Source of the DNA: an uncultured Ignavibacteriota bacterium
GTDB lineage: Bacteria > Bacteroidota > Ignavibacteria > UBA10030 > BY39
Length of the DNA: 64,000 bases
Direction of reading: 5' to 3'
Assembly (NCBI GenBank): GCA_947085405.1
Contig: CAMTWO010000013.1
Location: 20,193 to 84,192, forward strand
The position numbers and the translations under genes were made by a program. Positions 1 to 12,014 of the stretch are shown one piece after another; position 1 is the stretch's first letter, and every line of letters starts with the position of its first letter. A model generated the notes under the pieces. The model searched no databases. It saw nothing but the letters and a program-made list of their open reading frames with translations, and was not told where the DNA came from.

Positions 1-138
1 CCTTCACGGCCAGAGATGATAGCATCAATTCTCGGAAGTATTGATGCACCTGCTTCCGGACTCGTTGGTGTAATTTCTGCTGTTATGAGAGATTTGGTTA
101 ATGTATTGGACGCAATAGAAAAAAAGAAAGCCGCTTAA
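1..138 (+). CDS. rplJ: 50S ribosomal protein L10, C-terminal fragment (ORF enters from upstream of the window)
   Basis: Frame 1 translates ...ILGSIDAPASGLVGVISAVMRDLVNVLDAIEKKKAA* and ends at TAA 136-138. It lies directly upstream of rplL, as in the conserved rplJ-rplL order. Confidence 0.6.
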   Translation, partial: PSRPEMIASILGSIDAPASGLVGVISAVMRDLVNVLDAIEKKKAA

Positions 139-183
139 TTAATAATTATTTAGAAAAATTTAATAGTATAGGAGAATTAAAAA

Positions 184-561
184 ATGTCAGTAGTTCAAGA
201 ATTAGTTGAAAAAATAGAAAAATTAACTTTACTCGAAGCAGCAGAATTAAAAAAAGCTCTCGAAGAAAAATTTGGTGTTACAGCCGCAGCTCCGATGATG
301 ATGGCTGGAATGATGCCAGCCGCCGGTGCAGCTCCGGTAGTCGAAGAAAAAACCGAATTTAACGTTGTACTTATTAGTGCAGGTGCTCAAAAAATTAACG
401 TCATTAAAGTCGTTCGTGCTGTTACAGGACTCGGTTTGAAAGAAGCAAAAGACCTCGTTGACGGCGCCCCGAAGACTGTGAAGGAGGACTTGAATAAAGA
501 TGAGGCTGAAAAACTTAAGAAAGAACTCGAAGACGCCGGCGCAACAGTAGAATTAAAGTAA
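184..561 (+). CDS. rplL: 50S ribosomal protein L7/L12
   Basis: 125 aa with an Ala/Met-rich hinge and the C-terminal [15 protein letters not shown]...[12 protein letters not shown] hallmark. AGGAG RBS is upstream. Confidence 0.95.
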   Translation: MSVVQELVEKIEKLTLLEAAELKKALEEKFGVTAAAPMMMAGMMPAAGAAPVVEEKTEFNVVLISAGAQKINVIKVVRAVTGLGLKEAKDLVDGAPKTVKEDLNKDEAEKLKKELEDAGATVELK

Positions 562-587
562 TATAGTAGCTACTCATTTTGTAAATC

Positions 588-650
588 AGCCGATAATTTT
601 TACATCTTTTTCTGAAGATTTGAATTATCGGCTTGATATTTTTTATTTTT
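588..650 (+). terminator. rplL-rpoB intergenic hairpin plus T-run (partial terminator/attenuator)
   Basis: Inverted repeat AGCCGATAATT (588-598) / AATTATCGGCT (623-633), followed by TGATATTTTTTATTTTT. Confidence 0.45.
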
Positions 651-693
651 AAGATTTGATAAAAGTTTTTTAATAATGTAAGGAGCAGGTAAA

Positions 694-3600
694 TTGAAGC
701 GCCTAATAAATATTCAAAACGAAAGAATTTCATTTTCTAAAATTCCACAGGTTCTCGAACAGCCCGACCTATTGAATGTTCAGAGGGAATCTTGGGAAAT
801 ATTTTTACAAGCCAGAACCCCCGCGGTCAAACGTAAGGTTCAGGGTTTGCAACAGGTTTTTTTACTGAATTTCCCGATACAAGATTCTCGCGAAAATTAT
901 CTCCTTGAATTCGTAGAATATTCCGTCGAAAAACCAAAGTACGATGTCAGAGAATGTCAAGAGAGAGGACTCTCGTACGCAGTTCCACTCAAGGCAAAAT
1001 TGAAATTATCCAAAAAAAGTGAGGACGGTCATTCCTATGTTGACACTATCCAACAGGAAGTATATCTTGGCAATTTGCCAACAATGACTGACAAAGGAAC
1101 ATTCATCATAAATGGAGCTGAACGTGTAGTAGTTAGCCAGCTTCATCGATCACCAGGTGTATTTTTCAGCGAGTCGGTACATCCAAACGGAACTCCTATA
1201 TTTTCTGCTCGCATTATTCCATTCCGCGGATCGTGGATCGAATTCACTACAGATATCAGCAACGTAATGTATGTTTATATCGACAGAAAGAAAAAGTTTC
1301 CTGTTACTACACTCCTCCGTGCCATAGGTTATTCATCCGATGATGAAATTTTAAAACTTTTCAACTTAATTGAAGATGTTGATGCGAAAGAGGCAGACTT
1401 AAAAAATTATATAAACCGTGTTATTTGCAGCGACGTTATTGATAAAAAAACGGGTGAGATTTTTATTAATAAAGATACTGCATTAACTGAAGAACTTATT
1501 AAGAAGATAAAAAAATTAGAGATAAAGAAACTCCATTTCTTAAAATTTGATAGTAGCGGCGAACGTTCAATTATCGCGAATACAATTCAACGCGATGCTG
1601 CACGTACCGAACAAGATGCTCTTGAAGCAATTTACAGACAGCTTCGGTCGGGTGAAGCTCCTGATTTGGATACCGCCAAAAATTTAATCGACCGTTTGTT
1701 CTTCAACGAAAAACGATACGACCTCGGCAATGTAGGCAGAAACCGAATGAACTCGAAACTCGGTTTAAACACACCGACAACTACCACAACACTTACCCGC
1801 GAAGATATTTTGGCAATCATCAATTACCTTTTAGATTTACAACAAGGTAAAAAAACAGTTGACGATATTGACCATCTCGGCAATCGCCGCGTCCGCACAG
1901 TTGGCGAACAGATAGCTCAACAATTCAATATCGGAATGGTTCGTATGACGCGGACAATCCGCGAACGGATGAATTTGCGCGATAACGAAAATCTTGCCCC
2001 GCAAGATTTGATTAATGCCCGTACAATAACAAGTGTGATAAACTCGTTCTTCGGAACAAATCAATTATCGCAGTTTATGGACCAAACAAATCCGCTTGCC
2101 GAAATTACACATAAACGCCGGATGTCGGCACTCGGACCAGGCGGTTTAACACGTGAACGCGCCGGCTTCGAAGTTCGCGACGTTCATTATACTCATTACG
2201 GACGGTTGTGTCCTATTGAAACACCCGAAGGTCCGAACATCGGTTTGATTTCGTCGTTGTGTATTTATTCGCGAGTGAACGAGTTCGGATTTATTGAAAC
2301 ACCATATAGAAAAGTGAACGATGGAAAGGTTTCAACCGAAATTGAATTTCTGACCGCAGAAAAAGAAGACGTTTACACCATCGCCCAGGCGAACGCAAAA
2401 TTAGATGATCAGGGAAATTTCACTGATGTAAAAATTAAAGCCCGCTTCCAAAGCGATTATCCGATCGTGAAACCCGAAGAAGTTCATTATATAGATGTCG
2501 CTCCGACACAAATTGTAAGTGCTGCTGCGGCTCTCATTCCGTTCCTCGAACACGATGATGCTAACCGTGCATTGATGGGATCGAATATGCAACGGCAGGC
2601 AGTACCTTTGTTAAAACCTGAAGCTCCGATAGTCGGAACAGGTTTCGAGAAAAAAGTGGCGATAGATTCGAAATCTATGATCGTTGCTGAACGTTCAGGG
2701 GTTGTTGAATATGTTGACGCTGATAAAATTATAGTTCATTATGAAATCGACGAAAGCAGTATCGAATCGTTGACTTCATTCGACAATAAAACTGTTGTCG
2801 AATACAAGCTGACAAAATTTTTCAGAACGAACCAGGATACCTGCATCAATCAAATACCGATTGTAGTAGCAGGGCAAAAAATTAAAAAAGGTCATGTATT
2901 AGCCGACGGCAGTTCAACACAAAATGGAGAGTTGGCACTTGGTCGAAACGTGATTGTTGCGTTTATGCCGTGGCGAGGTTATAACTTCGAGGATGCTTTA
3001 GTAGTCAGCGAACGTTTAGTTACTGAAGATGTATATACATCAATTCATATTGAGGAATTCGAATTGCAGGTTCGCGATACAAAACGCGGCGAAGAAGAAC
3101 TGACTCGTGAAATACCAAATGTTAGTGAAGAAGTTGTAAAAGATTTGGATGAAAACGGTGTAATCCGTGTTGGCGCTATGGTTAAAGAAGGCGATATCTT
3201 AGTCGGTAAAATAACTCCGAAGGGTGAAACCGATCCGACTCCCGAAGAAAAATTATTAAAAGCAATCTTCGGCGAAAAAGCGGGCGACGTAAAAGATGCC
3301 TCATTGAAGGCGCCTCCGGGAATGAAGGGTATCGTTATTGCCACAAAACTTTTCAGCCGCAAACGCAAGGACGCCGAGACAAAGAAACAGGATAAGAAAC
3401 GGTCGGAACAGATTGAAAAAAACCGAATTCACGATTTAAAAGAAACAAAGAAAAAATTAGCCGAGAAACTCGGTATATTGCTCACCGGTGAAAAGTGCTT
3501 AGGGATTCGTGATAAAAAAGACAACCTCGTTATACGAAACTCAGTAGTTATCAAAACCAGTACTTTCGAATCGATTGACGAGATAGAAATTTTAGAGTAT

Positions 3601-4470
3601 GAAACCGAATGGGTAGAAAATAAAAAGAAAAATGCACTAGTCGTTAAAATATTTGAAGCTTACTTCGAAAAACTTAACGACATTGAAAGTGTTTACAAGC
3701 ACGAAAAAAATAAAATACAATCGGGAGACGAACTTCCTCCCGGAATTGTTCAACTTGCCAAAGTTTATGTCGCAAAGAAACGTAAACTTTCTGTCGGCGA
3801 TAAAATGGCTGGCCGGCATGGTAATAAAGGTGTGGTATCGAAAGTTGTTCCTGTTCAAGATTTGCCTTTCTTGCCGGATGGAACTCCTGTTGATTTTGTA
3901 TTAAATCCTTTGGGCGTACCATCGCGTATGAATCTCGGACAATTATTTGAAACTGCACTCGGTTGGGCTGGATACAAATTGGGTCAAAAATATTCGACAC
4001 CAATATTTGATGGTGCAACATGGGAAGAAGTTGCTGAAGAGTTACACAAATCAGGTATAGCAGAATATTCAAAAACAACTTTGATTGATGGAATGACAGG
4101 TGAACCATTCGATCAACAAGTTTCTGTCGGTTATCTCTACATGATGAAATTATCTCATTTAGTCGATGACAAAATTCACGCGCGTTCAATTGGTCCATAC
4201 TCATTAATTACTCAACAGCCGCTCGGTGGTAAAGCCCAATTCGGCGGACAACGTTTTGGAGAAATGGAAGTTTGGGCGCTCGAAGCATACGGAGCTGCAC
4301 ATAACTTACAGGAATTATTAACCGTTAAGAGTGATGATGTTCCGGGTCGGGCTAAAGTTTATGAAGCTATCGTCAAAGGCGATAATCTCCCTGAATCGAG
4401 TATCCCTGAATCCTTTAACGTATTAGTACGCGAATTGATGGGGTTAGGTTTAGAAATTAAGATTGATTAA
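694..4470 (+). CDS. rpoB: DNA-directed RNA polymerase subunit beta (TTG start)
   Basis: 1258 aa; conserved beta-subunit blocks (e.g. MGSNMQRQAVPL, GDKMAGRHGNKGVVS, rifampicin-cluster region). AGGAG lies 8 nt upstream of TTG. Confidence 0.97.
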   Translation: MKRLINIQNERISFSKIPQVLEQPDLLNVQRESWEIFLQARTPAVKRKVQGLQQVFLLNFPIQDSRENYLLEFVEYSVEKPKYDVRECQERGLSYAVPLKAKLKLSKKSEDGHSYVDTIQQEVYLGNLPTMTDKGTFIINGAERVVVSQLHRSPGVFFSESVHPNGTPIFSARIIPFRGSWIEFTTDISNVMYVYIDRKKKFPVTTLLRAIGYSSDDEILKLFNLIEDVDAKEADLKNYINRVICSDVIDKKTGEIFINKDTALTEELIKKIKKLEIKKLHFLKFDSSGERSIIANTIQRDAARTEQDALEAIYRQLRSGEAPDLDTAKNLIDRLFFNEKRYDLGNVGRNRMNSKLGLNTPTTTTTLTREDILAIINYLLDLQQGKKTVDDIDHLGNRRVRTVGEQIAQQFNIGMVRMTRTIRERMNLRDNENLAPQDLINARTITSVINSFFGTNQLSQFMDQTNPLAEITHKRRMSALGPGGLTRERAGFEVRDVHYTHYGRLCPIETPEGPNIGLISSLCIYSRVNEFGFIETPYRKVNDGKVSTEIEFLTAEKEDVYTIAQANAKLDDQGNFTDVKIKARFQSDYPIVKPEEVHYIDVAPTQIVSAAAALIPFLEHDDANRALMGSNMQRQAVPLLKPEAPIVGTGFEKKVAIDSKSMIVAERSGVVEYVDADKIIVHYEIDESSIESLTSFDNKTVVEYKLTKFFRTNQDTCINQIPIVVAGQKIKKGHVLADGSSTQNGELALGRNVIVAFMPWRGYNFEDALVVSERLVTEDVYTSIHIEEFELQVRDTKRGEEELTREIPNVSEEVVKDLDENGVIRVGAMVKEGDILVGKITPKGETDPTPEEKLLKAIFGEKAGDVKDASLKAPPGMKGIVIATKLFSRKRKDAETKKQDKKRSEQIEKNRIHDLKETKKKLAEKLGILLTGEKCLGIRDKKDNLVIRNSVVIKTSTFESIDEIEILEYETEWVENKKKNALVVKIFEAYFEKLNDIESVYKHEKNKIQSGDELPPGIVQLAKVYVAKKRKLSVGDKMAGRHGNKGVVSKVVPVQDLPFLPDGTPVDFVLNPLGVPSRMNLGQLFETALGWAGYKLGQKYSTPIFDGATWEEVAEELHKSGIAEYSKTTLIDGMTGEPFDQQVSVGYLYMMKLSHLVDDKIHARSIGPYSLITQQPLGGKAQFGGQRFGEMEVWALEAYGAAHNLQELLTVKSDDVPGRAKVYEAIVKGDNLPESSIPESFNVLVRELMGLGLEIKID

Positions 4471-4497
4471 GAACAGGACATTGGAGCAAAAATAATT

Positions 4498-7400
4498 ATG
4501 CGAAATATAGAACCAGCAACAAAAAAAGTATTCACTAAAATCAGGATAAGCATAGCATCTTCGGATGCTATCTTATCACGGTCTCGTGGTGAAGTAACAA
4601 AACCCGAAACGATAAATTATCGTTCTTTCCGTCCCGAAAAAGATGGACTGTTTTGTGAAAAGATTTTCGGTCCAATTCGAGATTGGGAATGTCATTGTGG
4701 AAAATATAAACGTATCCGATACAAAGGAATTGTATGCGACCGGTGCGGTGTTGAAGTAACACAAAAAAGTGTGCGTCGCGAACGTTTAGGGCATATTCAC
4801 TTAGCAGTTCCTGTAGCTCATATTTGGTTTGTCCGCTCGGCTCCCACAAAAATTGGATACACACTCGGAATGGGTGTAAAAGATTTAGAAAAAATTATTT
4901 ATTATGAATCTTATATCGTAATCCAACCGGGATCAACAGGTTTGAAAAGAATGGATATGATCTCTGAAGAACAATACTTGGAGATATTATCTACTCTACC
5001 TGAAAATAATCAGCAATTAGATAAAACAGACGAAAGAAAATTTATAGCCGATATCGGTGCACCTGCGGTAAAAGCTTTGTTAAAAAGTATCGATATTGAT
5101 TCTACAGCTGCTAGTCTACGTGTAACATTGAAAGAAGAAACCTCGGCTCAGAAAAAAATTGAGATATTAAAACGGTTGCGTGTTCTAGATTCGTTCCGCG
5201 ACAAAGGCGAGGGCTCTATTAACAAACCCGAATGGATGGTGCTGGAAGTAATTCCTGTTATCCCACCCGAATTGCGTCCCCTCGTTCCTCTTGAAGGTGG
5301 TCGTTTTGCAACTTCTGACTTGAACGATTTGTACCGTCGTGTAATCATCCGCAATAATCGTTTAAAACGATTGATCGATATAAAAGCTCCCGAAGTTATT
5401 CTCCGAAACGAAAAACGTATGCTTCAAGAAGCTGTCGATTCATTGTTCGACAATTCGCGCAAGCTGAATGCAGTTCGTTCCGATAATAACCGGGCATTAA
5501 AATCACTTGCCGATATGTTGAAAGGGAAGCAAGGACGTTTTCGTCAAAACTTGCTTGGCAAGCGTGTAGATTATTCTGGTCGTTCTGTTATCGTCGTCGG
5601 TCCCGAATTAAAATTGCACGAATGCGGTTTGCCGAAAGATATGGCTGTTGAATTATTCAAACCTTTCATCATCCGAAAATTAATTGAACGGGGTTTGGTG
5701 AAGACAGTGAAAAGCGCCAAGAAGATGGTTGAAAAAAAATCAGCCGAAGTTTGGGAAGTTCTTGAACACATAATTGATGGTCATCCGGTTTTATTAAACA
5801 GAGCACCTACACTTCATCGACTTGGCATTCAAGCATTTCAACCGGTTCTTGTAGAAGGTAAAGCAATAAGAATTCATCCGATGGTTTGTACGGCTTTCAA
5901 CGCCGACTTCGACGGCGACCAAATGGCGGTTCACATTCCATTATCTTATCATTCACAAATGGAAGCGCGCATCTTAATGCTTTCGAGCCATAATATTTTA
6001 TCGCCTGCAAGCGGTTCGCCAATCGTCCATCCAACGCAAGATCAAGTTCTTGGTTGTTATTATCTTACAAAAGCAAAGTCAGGCGATTTAGGTGAGGGGA
6101 AATTATTTTCATCACGAGATGAAGTAATCATCGCTCATAATTCCGCAAAAATTGGATTGCACGCTAAGATAAAAGTTCGCATTAATAACAAGTTAATCGA
6201 AACTACAACAGGTCGGGTAATATTTAATGCAATAGTTCCTCCTGAAGCAGGATTTATTAATGAACTCTTAAATAAAAACCGACTTACTCAACTCGTCGGA
6301 AATGTTTATCGTAAAGTAGGAAATTTAAAAACCGCCGAGTTTTTAGATAATTTAAAATACTTAGGATTCAAATATGCTACACAAGGTGGTTTATCGGTTA
6401 GTGTCGGCGATGTTATTGTACCTAAGGAAAAAGAAGAAATAATAGCGAAATCGCAACGGGATGTAGATAACATACAAAATCAGTATTACAACGGTTTTAT
6501 TACACCGGGTGAAAGATACAATAAAGTTATCGACACTTGGTCACGCGCTACAACTCGTGTAGCCGAGCGATTATTCGAATCGTTGCAGCACTCGCAGGCT
6601 GGATTCAATTCACTTTATATGATGGTCGATTCCGGTGCGAGAGGTTCAAAAGAACAGATTCGCCAGTTAGCCGGAATGCGTGGTTTAATGGCTAAACCAC
6701 AACGAAGTATGTCTGGTTCGGCTGGTGAATTAATCGAAAATCCGATTATCGCCAACTTCCGTGAAGGATTGTCAGTGTTGGAGTACTTCATCTCAACTCA
6801 CGGCGCTCGAAAAGGTTTAGCTGATACTGCATTAAAAACTGCTGATGCCGGTTATCTTACCCGACGTCTCGTGGATGTCGCTCAAGATGCAATTATAACG
6901 ATGGTTGATTGTGGTACTATTATGGGCGTTGCTACGAGCGCTCTCAAAGAGGGTGAAGATGTTAAAGAACCATTAGCGGAAAGAATTTTAGGGCGTGTAA
7001 CAGTTCACGATGTATATGATCCTTCGACAAACGAATTGATTGTAGCTGCCGGAGAAGAAATTACAGAAGAAATTGCTCAAAAAGTATCCGAGACTTCTAT
7101 TGAAACAGTAGATATTCGTTCGGTATTAACATGTGAAACTACACGTGGTATCTGTGCAAAATGTTACGGTCGAAATTTAACGATTGGTCAGTTGGTAAAA
7201 ACTGGTGAAGCAGTTGGAATTATCGCTGCTCAATCTATCGGTGAACCCGGTACACAGTTGACTCTCCGAACATTCCATACAGGTGGTACAGCAAGTTTAA
7301 TCGCCGCACAATCGCAAATTACATCAAAGTTTAATGGAGTTATTAAATACGAAAATGTAAAATCGCTCAAACAAGATGATGAAAGTAACAAACGTATCGT

Positions 7401-8796
7401 AACAGGTCGCAGTGGCGTGGTTATGGTTTATGACGACGAGCAACGACTTCTTACAAAATACGATGTACCATATGGTGCAACTTTACAAATCCCTGATGGA
7501 ACATACATTAAAAAAGGTGAGATCATTTATGAATGGGATCCGTATAATGCTGTGATTATTACAGAACATTCAGGGCGTATTGAATATTCAGGTTTACGGG
7601 AGAATCTTACATATCGCCAAGAACCCGATGAGCAAACCGGACACATTCAGACTGTGGTCATCGAATCCAGAGATAAAACTTTTAATCCCGCAATAATATT
7701 GAAGAATGAAGAGGGCGAGAAGATAGCTACCTATAATCTTCCGACACAATCTCATATCGTTGTTGATAATGACGAAAAGATAAGCGCAGGAACGATTTTG
7801 GTAAAAATACCTCGTTCAATAGGTAAAACACGCGATATTACAGGTGGTTTGCCACGAGTAACAGAGTTATTCGAAGGACGCAATCCTGCTAATCCTGCAA
7901 TCGTTTCGGAAATTGATGGAATAATTCGTTTTGGCCAGCAAAAACGCGGTTCTAGAGAGATTATAGTTGAAAGTCACGATGGAAAAGACCGCAAAGAATA
8001 TTTAGTTCCGCTCGGAAAACACATCCTCATTCAGGAAAATGATTTTATCCGGGCAGGTGAACGTTTAACCGATGGAGCTATCGATCCCGACGATATTTTA
8101 AAAATTAAAGGAGTCGGAAAAGTTCAGGAATATTTAGTGAACGAAATTCAGGAAGTTTATCGTATGCAAGGTGTTAAAATAAACGATAAACATATTGAAA
8201 TTATCGTACGACAAATGATGCAGAAAGTTCGAATTTTAGATTCCGGTGATACACGATTTATTGAAGGCGACGTAGTGGCTAAACTTTCGTTGCTAGCGGA
8301 AAACGACTCACTTAAAGAAACTGTATATATCGGCAACAAGGGTGATTCGAAATTTAAAAATGGACAGCTTGTTCTCAAGAAAAAGGTTCGTGAATTGAAT
8401 AACGAGATCAAAAAGAAGGGGAAAAAGGTTGCTGAATTTAGAGAAGCTGAACCGGCAACTTCCGAGCCCATTCTTTTAGGAATTACACAAGCATCTCTTT
8501 CGACGGATAGCTTTATTTCGGCTGCCTCTTTCCAGGAAACAACAAAAGTATTAACAGATGCTGCTATTTCTGGAAAAATTGACTATTTGCTCGGTTTAAA
8601 AGAAAATGTTATTGTCGGGCATCTTATTCCGGCAGGAACGGGTTTAAAGCATTTTCGAGATATACTTGTTGTTCCTAAAGAACCCTTTAAAATAGCAGAA
8701 CCTGTCGTTGTAGAAGAACCCACGCAGGGACCTGAAATCGAAGAAGAGGTTAAAAAAACGCCAAAGAAAAGAGTTCGAAAAGCGGCAAAATCTTAA
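4498..8796 (+). CDS. rpoC: DNA-directed RNA polymerase subunit beta'
   Basis: 1432 aa; N-terminal zinc finger [23 protein letters not shown], catalytic NADFDGD motif, bridge helix/trigger loop regions. Confidence 0.97.
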   Translation: MRNIEPATKKVFTKIRISIASSDAILSRSRGEVTKPETINYRSFRPEKDGLFCEKIFGPIRDWECHCGKYKRIRYKGIVCDRCGVEVTQKSVRRERLGHIHLAVPVAHIWFVRSAPTKIGYTLGMGVKDLEKIIYYESYIVIQPGSTGLKRMDMISEEQYLEILSTLPENNQQLDKTDERKFIADIGAPAVKALLKSIDIDSTAASLRVTLKEETSAQKKIEILKRLRVLDSFRDKGEGSINKPEWMVLEVIPVIPPELRPLVPLEGGRFATSDLNDLYRRVIIRNNRLKRLIDIKAPEVILRNEKRMLQEAVDSLFDNSRKLNAVRSDNNRALKSLADMLKGKQGRFRQNLLGKRVDYSGRSVIVVGPELKLHECGLPKDMAVELFKPFIIRKLIERGLVKTVKSAKKMVEKKSAEVWEVLEHIIDGHPVLLNRAPTLHRLGIQAFQPVLVEGKAIRIHPMVCTAFNADFDGDQMAVHIPLSYHSQMEARILMLSSHNILSPASGSPIVHPTQDQVLGCYYLTKAKSGDLGEGKLFSSRDEVIIAHNSAKIGLHAKIKVRINNKLIETTTGRVIFNAIVPPEAGFINELLNKNRLTQLVGNVYRKVGNLKTAEFLDNLKYLGFKYATQGGLSVSVGDVIVPKEKEEIIAKSQRDVDNIQNQYYNGFITPGERYNKVIDTWSRATTRVAERLFESLQHSQAGFNSLYMMVDSGARGSKEQIRQLAGMRGLMAKPQRSMSGSAGELIENPIIANFREGLSVLEYFISTHGARKGLADTALKTADAGYLTRRLVDVAQDAIITMVDCGTIMGVATSALKEGEDVKEPLAERILGRVTVHDVYDPSTNELIVAAGEEITEEIAQKVSETSIETVDIRSVLTCETTRGICAKCYGRNLTIGQLVKTGEAVGIIAAQSIGEPGTQLTLRTFHTGGTASLIAAQSQITSKFNGVIKYENVKSLKQDDESNKRIVTGRSGVVMVYDDEQRLLTKYDVPYGATLQIPDGTYIKKGEIIYEWDPYNAVIITEHSGRIEYSGLRENLTYRQEPDEQTGHIQTVVIESRDKTFNPAIILKNEEGEKIATYNLPTQSHIVVDNDEKISAGTILVKIPRSIGKTRDITGGLPRVTELFEGRNPANPAIVSEIDGIIRFGQQKRGSREIIVESHDGKDRKEYLVPLGKHILIQENDFIRAGERLTDGAIDPDDILKIKGVGKVQEYLVNEIQEVYRMQGVKINDKHIEIIVRQMMQKVRILDSGDTRFIEGDVVAKLSLLAENDSLKETVYIGNKGDSKFKNGQLVLKKKVRELNNEIKKKGKKVAEFREAEPATSEPILLGITQASLSTDSFISAASFQETTKVLTDAAISGKIDYLLGLKENVIVGHLIPAGTGLKHFRDILVVPKEPFKIAEPVVVEEPTQGPEIEEEVKKTPKKRVRKAAKS

Positions 8797-8799
8797 TGC

Positions 8800-8828
8800 T
8801 TGACTATGAAAATATTTTTCGTTATATT
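8800..8828 (+). promoter_or_regulatory. sigma70-like promoter candidate upstream of rpsL (TTGACT-N17-TATATT)
   Basis: TTGACT at 8800-8805, 17-nt spacer, TATATT at 8823-8828. Three GC-rich hairpins follow in the 160-nt leader. Confidence 0.4.
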
Positions 8829-8991
8829 AGTGTTCTTAAAATTCAAAAATTAAGCAATTTAATCCGCCAAAGGCGGACGAGGGTTTAATTCCCCGCCTCT
8901 TGAGGCGAAAAAATAAAATTTGTTTTCAGATACCTCGCTGCTTGCGGCGAGGAGATTCATCAATTAACTAAACAATTATCGGAGTAATATA

Positions 8992-9372
8992 TTGCCAACG
9001 ATCAATCAACTGGTTCGAAAGAGCCGGGAAATGGTAACCTGGAAGAGCAAAGCACCAGCTTTACAGGAATGCCCGCAACGTCGGGGAGTTTGTACTCGTG
9101 TATATACAACTACACCAAAAAAGCCGAATTCCGCTTTACGCAAAGTAGCACGCGTTCGTTTAACAAACGGAATTGAGGTAACGGCATACATCCCAGGCGA
9201 AGGTCATAACCTGCAGGAACACTCCATCGTGATGATTCGTGGTGGTAGGGTTAAAGATTTACCGGGTGTTCGATACCATATTATTCGAGGTACTTTGGAT
9301 ACTGCCGGTGTTGCTGATAGAAAACAAGGTCGTTCAAAATATGGTGCTAAAAAGCCAAAGGCACAAAGTTAG
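8992..9372 (+). CDS. rpsL: 30S ribosomal protein S12 (TTG start)
   Basis: [10 protein letters not shown]...[19 protein letters not shown]...[17 protein letters not shown], the canonical S12 sequence. Confidence 0.95.
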   Translation: MPTINQLVRKSREMVTWKSKAPALQECPQRRGVCTRVYTTTPKKPNSALRKVARVRLTNGIEVTAYIPGEGHNLQEHSIVMIRGGRVKDLPGVRYHIIRGTLDTAGVADRKQGRSKYGAKKPKAQS

Positions 9373-9381
9373 GTTTATAAA

Positions 9382-9849
9382 ATGAGAAAAAAACAAGCTG
9401 AAAGAAGGTTAGTTACTCCCGATCCAAAATTTAACGATATTTTAGTGGCTCGCTTCGTAAATTGTGTACTCAAAGAAGGAAAAAAGCATTTAGCCCGAAG
9501 AATTGTTTACCAAGCTATTGATACTATTGAAAATAAAACCAAATCAAACGGAATAGATGTTTTTCGAAAAGCGGTAAATAATGTTAAACCTTTGTTAGAG
9601 ATACGGGCTCGCAGGGTTGGTGGCGCAACTTATCAAGTTCCAACTGAAGTTCGAGAAAGCAGAAGTATCGCTTTAGCAATTCGGTGGATAATTAATTACG
9701 CAAGCGATAGAAAAGATAAATCGATGGCTCTAAAGTTAGCGGCTGAATTTATGGCTGCAGCAAATAACGAAGGCGCTTCGGTAAAGAAAAAAGAAGATAC
9801 ACATAAAATGGCTGAAGCTAATAAAGCTTTCGCCCACTTTAAATGGTAA
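9382..9849 (+). CDS. rpsG: 30S ribosomal protein S7
   Basis: 155 aa, S7 family (…EIRARRVGGATYQVP…); str operon order rpsL-rpsG-fusA. Confidence 0.95.
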   Translation: MRKKQAERRLVTPDPKFNDILVARFVNCVLKEGKKHLARRIVYQAIDTIENKTKSNGIDVFRKAVNNVKPLLEIRARRVGGATYQVPTEVRESRSIALAIRWIINYASDRKDKSMALKLAAEFMAAANNEGASVKKKEDTHKMAEANKAFAHFKW

Positions 9850-9860
9850 GTATAATATAG

Positions 9861-11957
9861 ATGCCCAGAAAATATTCATTAAATAAAACCCGCAATATCG
9901 GTATTATGGCACACATTGACGCCGGTAAAACCACCACGACTGAACGTATTTTGTTCTATACAGGAAAATTACATCGTGTTGGCGAGGTTCATGATGGTGC
10001 ATCAACAATGGATTGGATGGATCAAGAAAAAGAACGTGGCATTACTATCACAAGCGCCTCTACCACTTGTTTTTGGAATGATAACCGGATTAATATTATA
10101 GATACACCTGGGCATGTCGATTTTACTGCTGAAGTAGAACGGTCGCTCCGTGTTTTAGATGGTGCGGTCGCTCTATTCTGTGCAGTCGGCGGTGTTGAGC
10201 CACAATCCGAAACTGTTTGGCGCCAAGCTGATAAATACGGCGTTCCTCGAATCGCATTCGTGAATAAAATGGATCGCGTTGGTGCTGATTTCTACAATGT
10301 AATTAAGATGATGAAAGAGCGGCTCGGTGCACATGCTGTTCCGATTCAAATTCCTGTTGGCGAAGGTGAACTTTTTGCCGGTGTTATCGATTTGATTACG
10401 ATGAAAGCCAGAATATTTAACGATACAACCATGGGAACAACATGGGATGATATCGAAATTCCAGCCGATTTGAAAAAGAAAGCTCAGTTGTATCGCACTA
10501 AGATGTTGGAAGCAGTTTCTGACGAAGACGATACTCTACTTGAAAAATATATTGAAGGTAAAGAAATTACTCCTGATGAAATTCGTTCCGTTTTACGACG
10601 CGCCACAATTAAAGTTAGCATTATACCTGTGTTGTGCGGTTCGTCGTTCAAAAATAAAGGAACTCAAAATTTATTAGACGCTATTGTAGATTTCCTTCCT
10701 TCCCCTGTAGATGTAGGAGATGTAGTCGGGCATCATCCGTATAAATCAGATAAAGTTATTAGAAAAGTTGCAGATAAGGAAATTTTCACTGCTCTAGCGT
10801 TCAAAATTATGAGCGACCCTTATGTTGGAAAATTAACATATTTCCGAGTTTATTCAGGTACATTAAAATCCGGTTCGTACGTTTATAATTCCGTTAGCGA
10901 TAAAAAAGAACGCATTGCACGAATCCTTCGAATGCATGCAAATCATCGTGAAGATGTTGATGAGGCTTACACAGGCGACATAGTTGCGGCTATAGGACTT
11001 AAATTTACACGAACAGGCGACACAATCACCACAGAGGACGATCCTATTATTCTTGAAAAAATGGATTTCCCGGAACCGGTAATCTCTATTGCGATTGAAC
11101 CAAAGACTAAAGCTGACCAAGAAAAAATGGGCGAATCGCTCAGCAAATTAGCTGAAGAAGATCCCACATTTAGAGTTTCAACCAACGAAGAGACCGGACA
11201 AACCATAATTAATGGTATGGGGGAACTTCATCTTGAGATTATTGTTGATAGGATGAAGAGAGAGTTTAAAGTAGATGCAAACATTGGTAAACCACAAGTT
11301 GCGTATAAAGAAACTATTAAAGGAAAAGTTTCGCAAGTTTATAAACATGTAAAACAATCAGGTGGTCGTGGACAATTTGCTCACATCGAAATCGAAATCG
11401 AACCGAACGAAAAAGGTAAAGGCTTCGAATTTGTCGACGAAATCAGAGGCGGGGTTATACCTAAAGAGTATATACCTGCGGTTCAAGCGGGTATCGTTGA
11501 ACAAATGAAAAACGGTATTGTTGCTGGTTATCCTGTGGTTGATGTAAAAGTAAAATTATATGATGGTTCATACCACGAAGTTGATTCTGATGAACTCTCA
11601 TTTAAAATCGCTGGTTCAATGGGTTTCCGTGAAGCAGCTCGCAAAGCAAAACCTATAATTTTAGAACCAATAATGGCTGTTGAAGTAGTAGTTCCAGAAG
11701 ATTACATTGGCGATGTTTTAGGCGATTTAAGTTCACGTCGTGGAAAAATCGAAGGTATGAATTCGCGTAAAGAAGTTCAGGTAATTAAAGCGTCTGTGCC
11801 TTTATCGGATATGTTCGGGTACGCTACGAATTTACGTTCGCTAACACAAGGCAGAGCTTTATTCACGATGCAATTTTCGCATTACGATAACGTACCTAAA
11901 GCGATATCAGATCAGATTGTTGAAAAACTGACTGGTAAACAAACAAAAGTAGCATAA
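9861..11957 (+). CDS. fusA: elongation factor G
   Basis: 698 aa; G1 [22 protein letters not shown], and the full EF-G domain III-V signature. Confidence 0.97.
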   Translation: MPRKYSLNKTRNIGIMAHIDAGKTTTTERILFYTGKLHRVGEVHDGASTMDWMDQEKERGITITSASTTCFWNDNRINIIDTPGHVDFTAEVERSLRVLDGAVALFCAVGGVEPQSETVWRQADKYGVPRIAFVNKMDRVGADFYNVIKMMKERLGAHAVPIQIPVGEGELFAGVIDLITMKARIFNDTTMGTTWDDIEIPADLKKKAQLYRTKMLEAVSDEDDTLLEKYIEGKEITPDEIRSVLRRATIKVSIIPVLCGSSFKNKGTQNLLDAIVDFLPSPVDVGDVVGHHPYKSDKVIRKVADKEIFTALAFKIMSDPYVGKLTYFRVYSGTLKSGSYVYNSVSDKKERIARILRMHANHREDVDEAYTGDIVAAIGLKFTRTGDTITTEDDPIILEKMDFPEPVISIAIEPKTKADQEKMGESLSKLAEEDPTFRVSTNEETGQTIINGMGELHLEIIVDRMKREFKVDANIGKPQVAYKETIKGKVSQVYKHVKQSGGRGQFAHIEIEIEPNEKGKGFEFVDEIRGGVIPKEYIPAVQAGIVEQMKNGIVAGYPVVDVKVKLYDGSYHEVDSDELSFKIAGSMGFREAARKAKPIILEPIMAVEVVVPEDYIGDVLGDLSSRRGKIEGMNSRKEVQVIKASVPLSDMFGYATNLRSLTQGRALFTMQFSHYDNVPKAISDQIVEKLTGKQTKVA

Positions 11958-12014
11958 ATAATAGATTAGTAAGTAATTAAAAAATAAACACCCAATTTAA
12001 ATAGGAGAAACGAA

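Noticed and set aside
515-733. 72-aa minus-strand ORF across the rplL-rpoB spacer
   Set aside because: Overlaps the terminator hairpin and the rpoB start; Ile/Leu/Lys-rich translation typical of AT-rich noise.
3674-4204. 176-aa minus-strand ORF inside rpoB
   Set aside because: Fully antisense to a highly conserved rpoB segment; low-complexity translation; no RBS. It is a shadow ORF.
8860-8910. Possible rho-independent terminator after rpoC (GCCTC-ttg-GAGGC)
   Set aside because: The hairpin is followed by an A-run then mixed sequence, not a U-tract. Treated as part of the rpsL leader structure.
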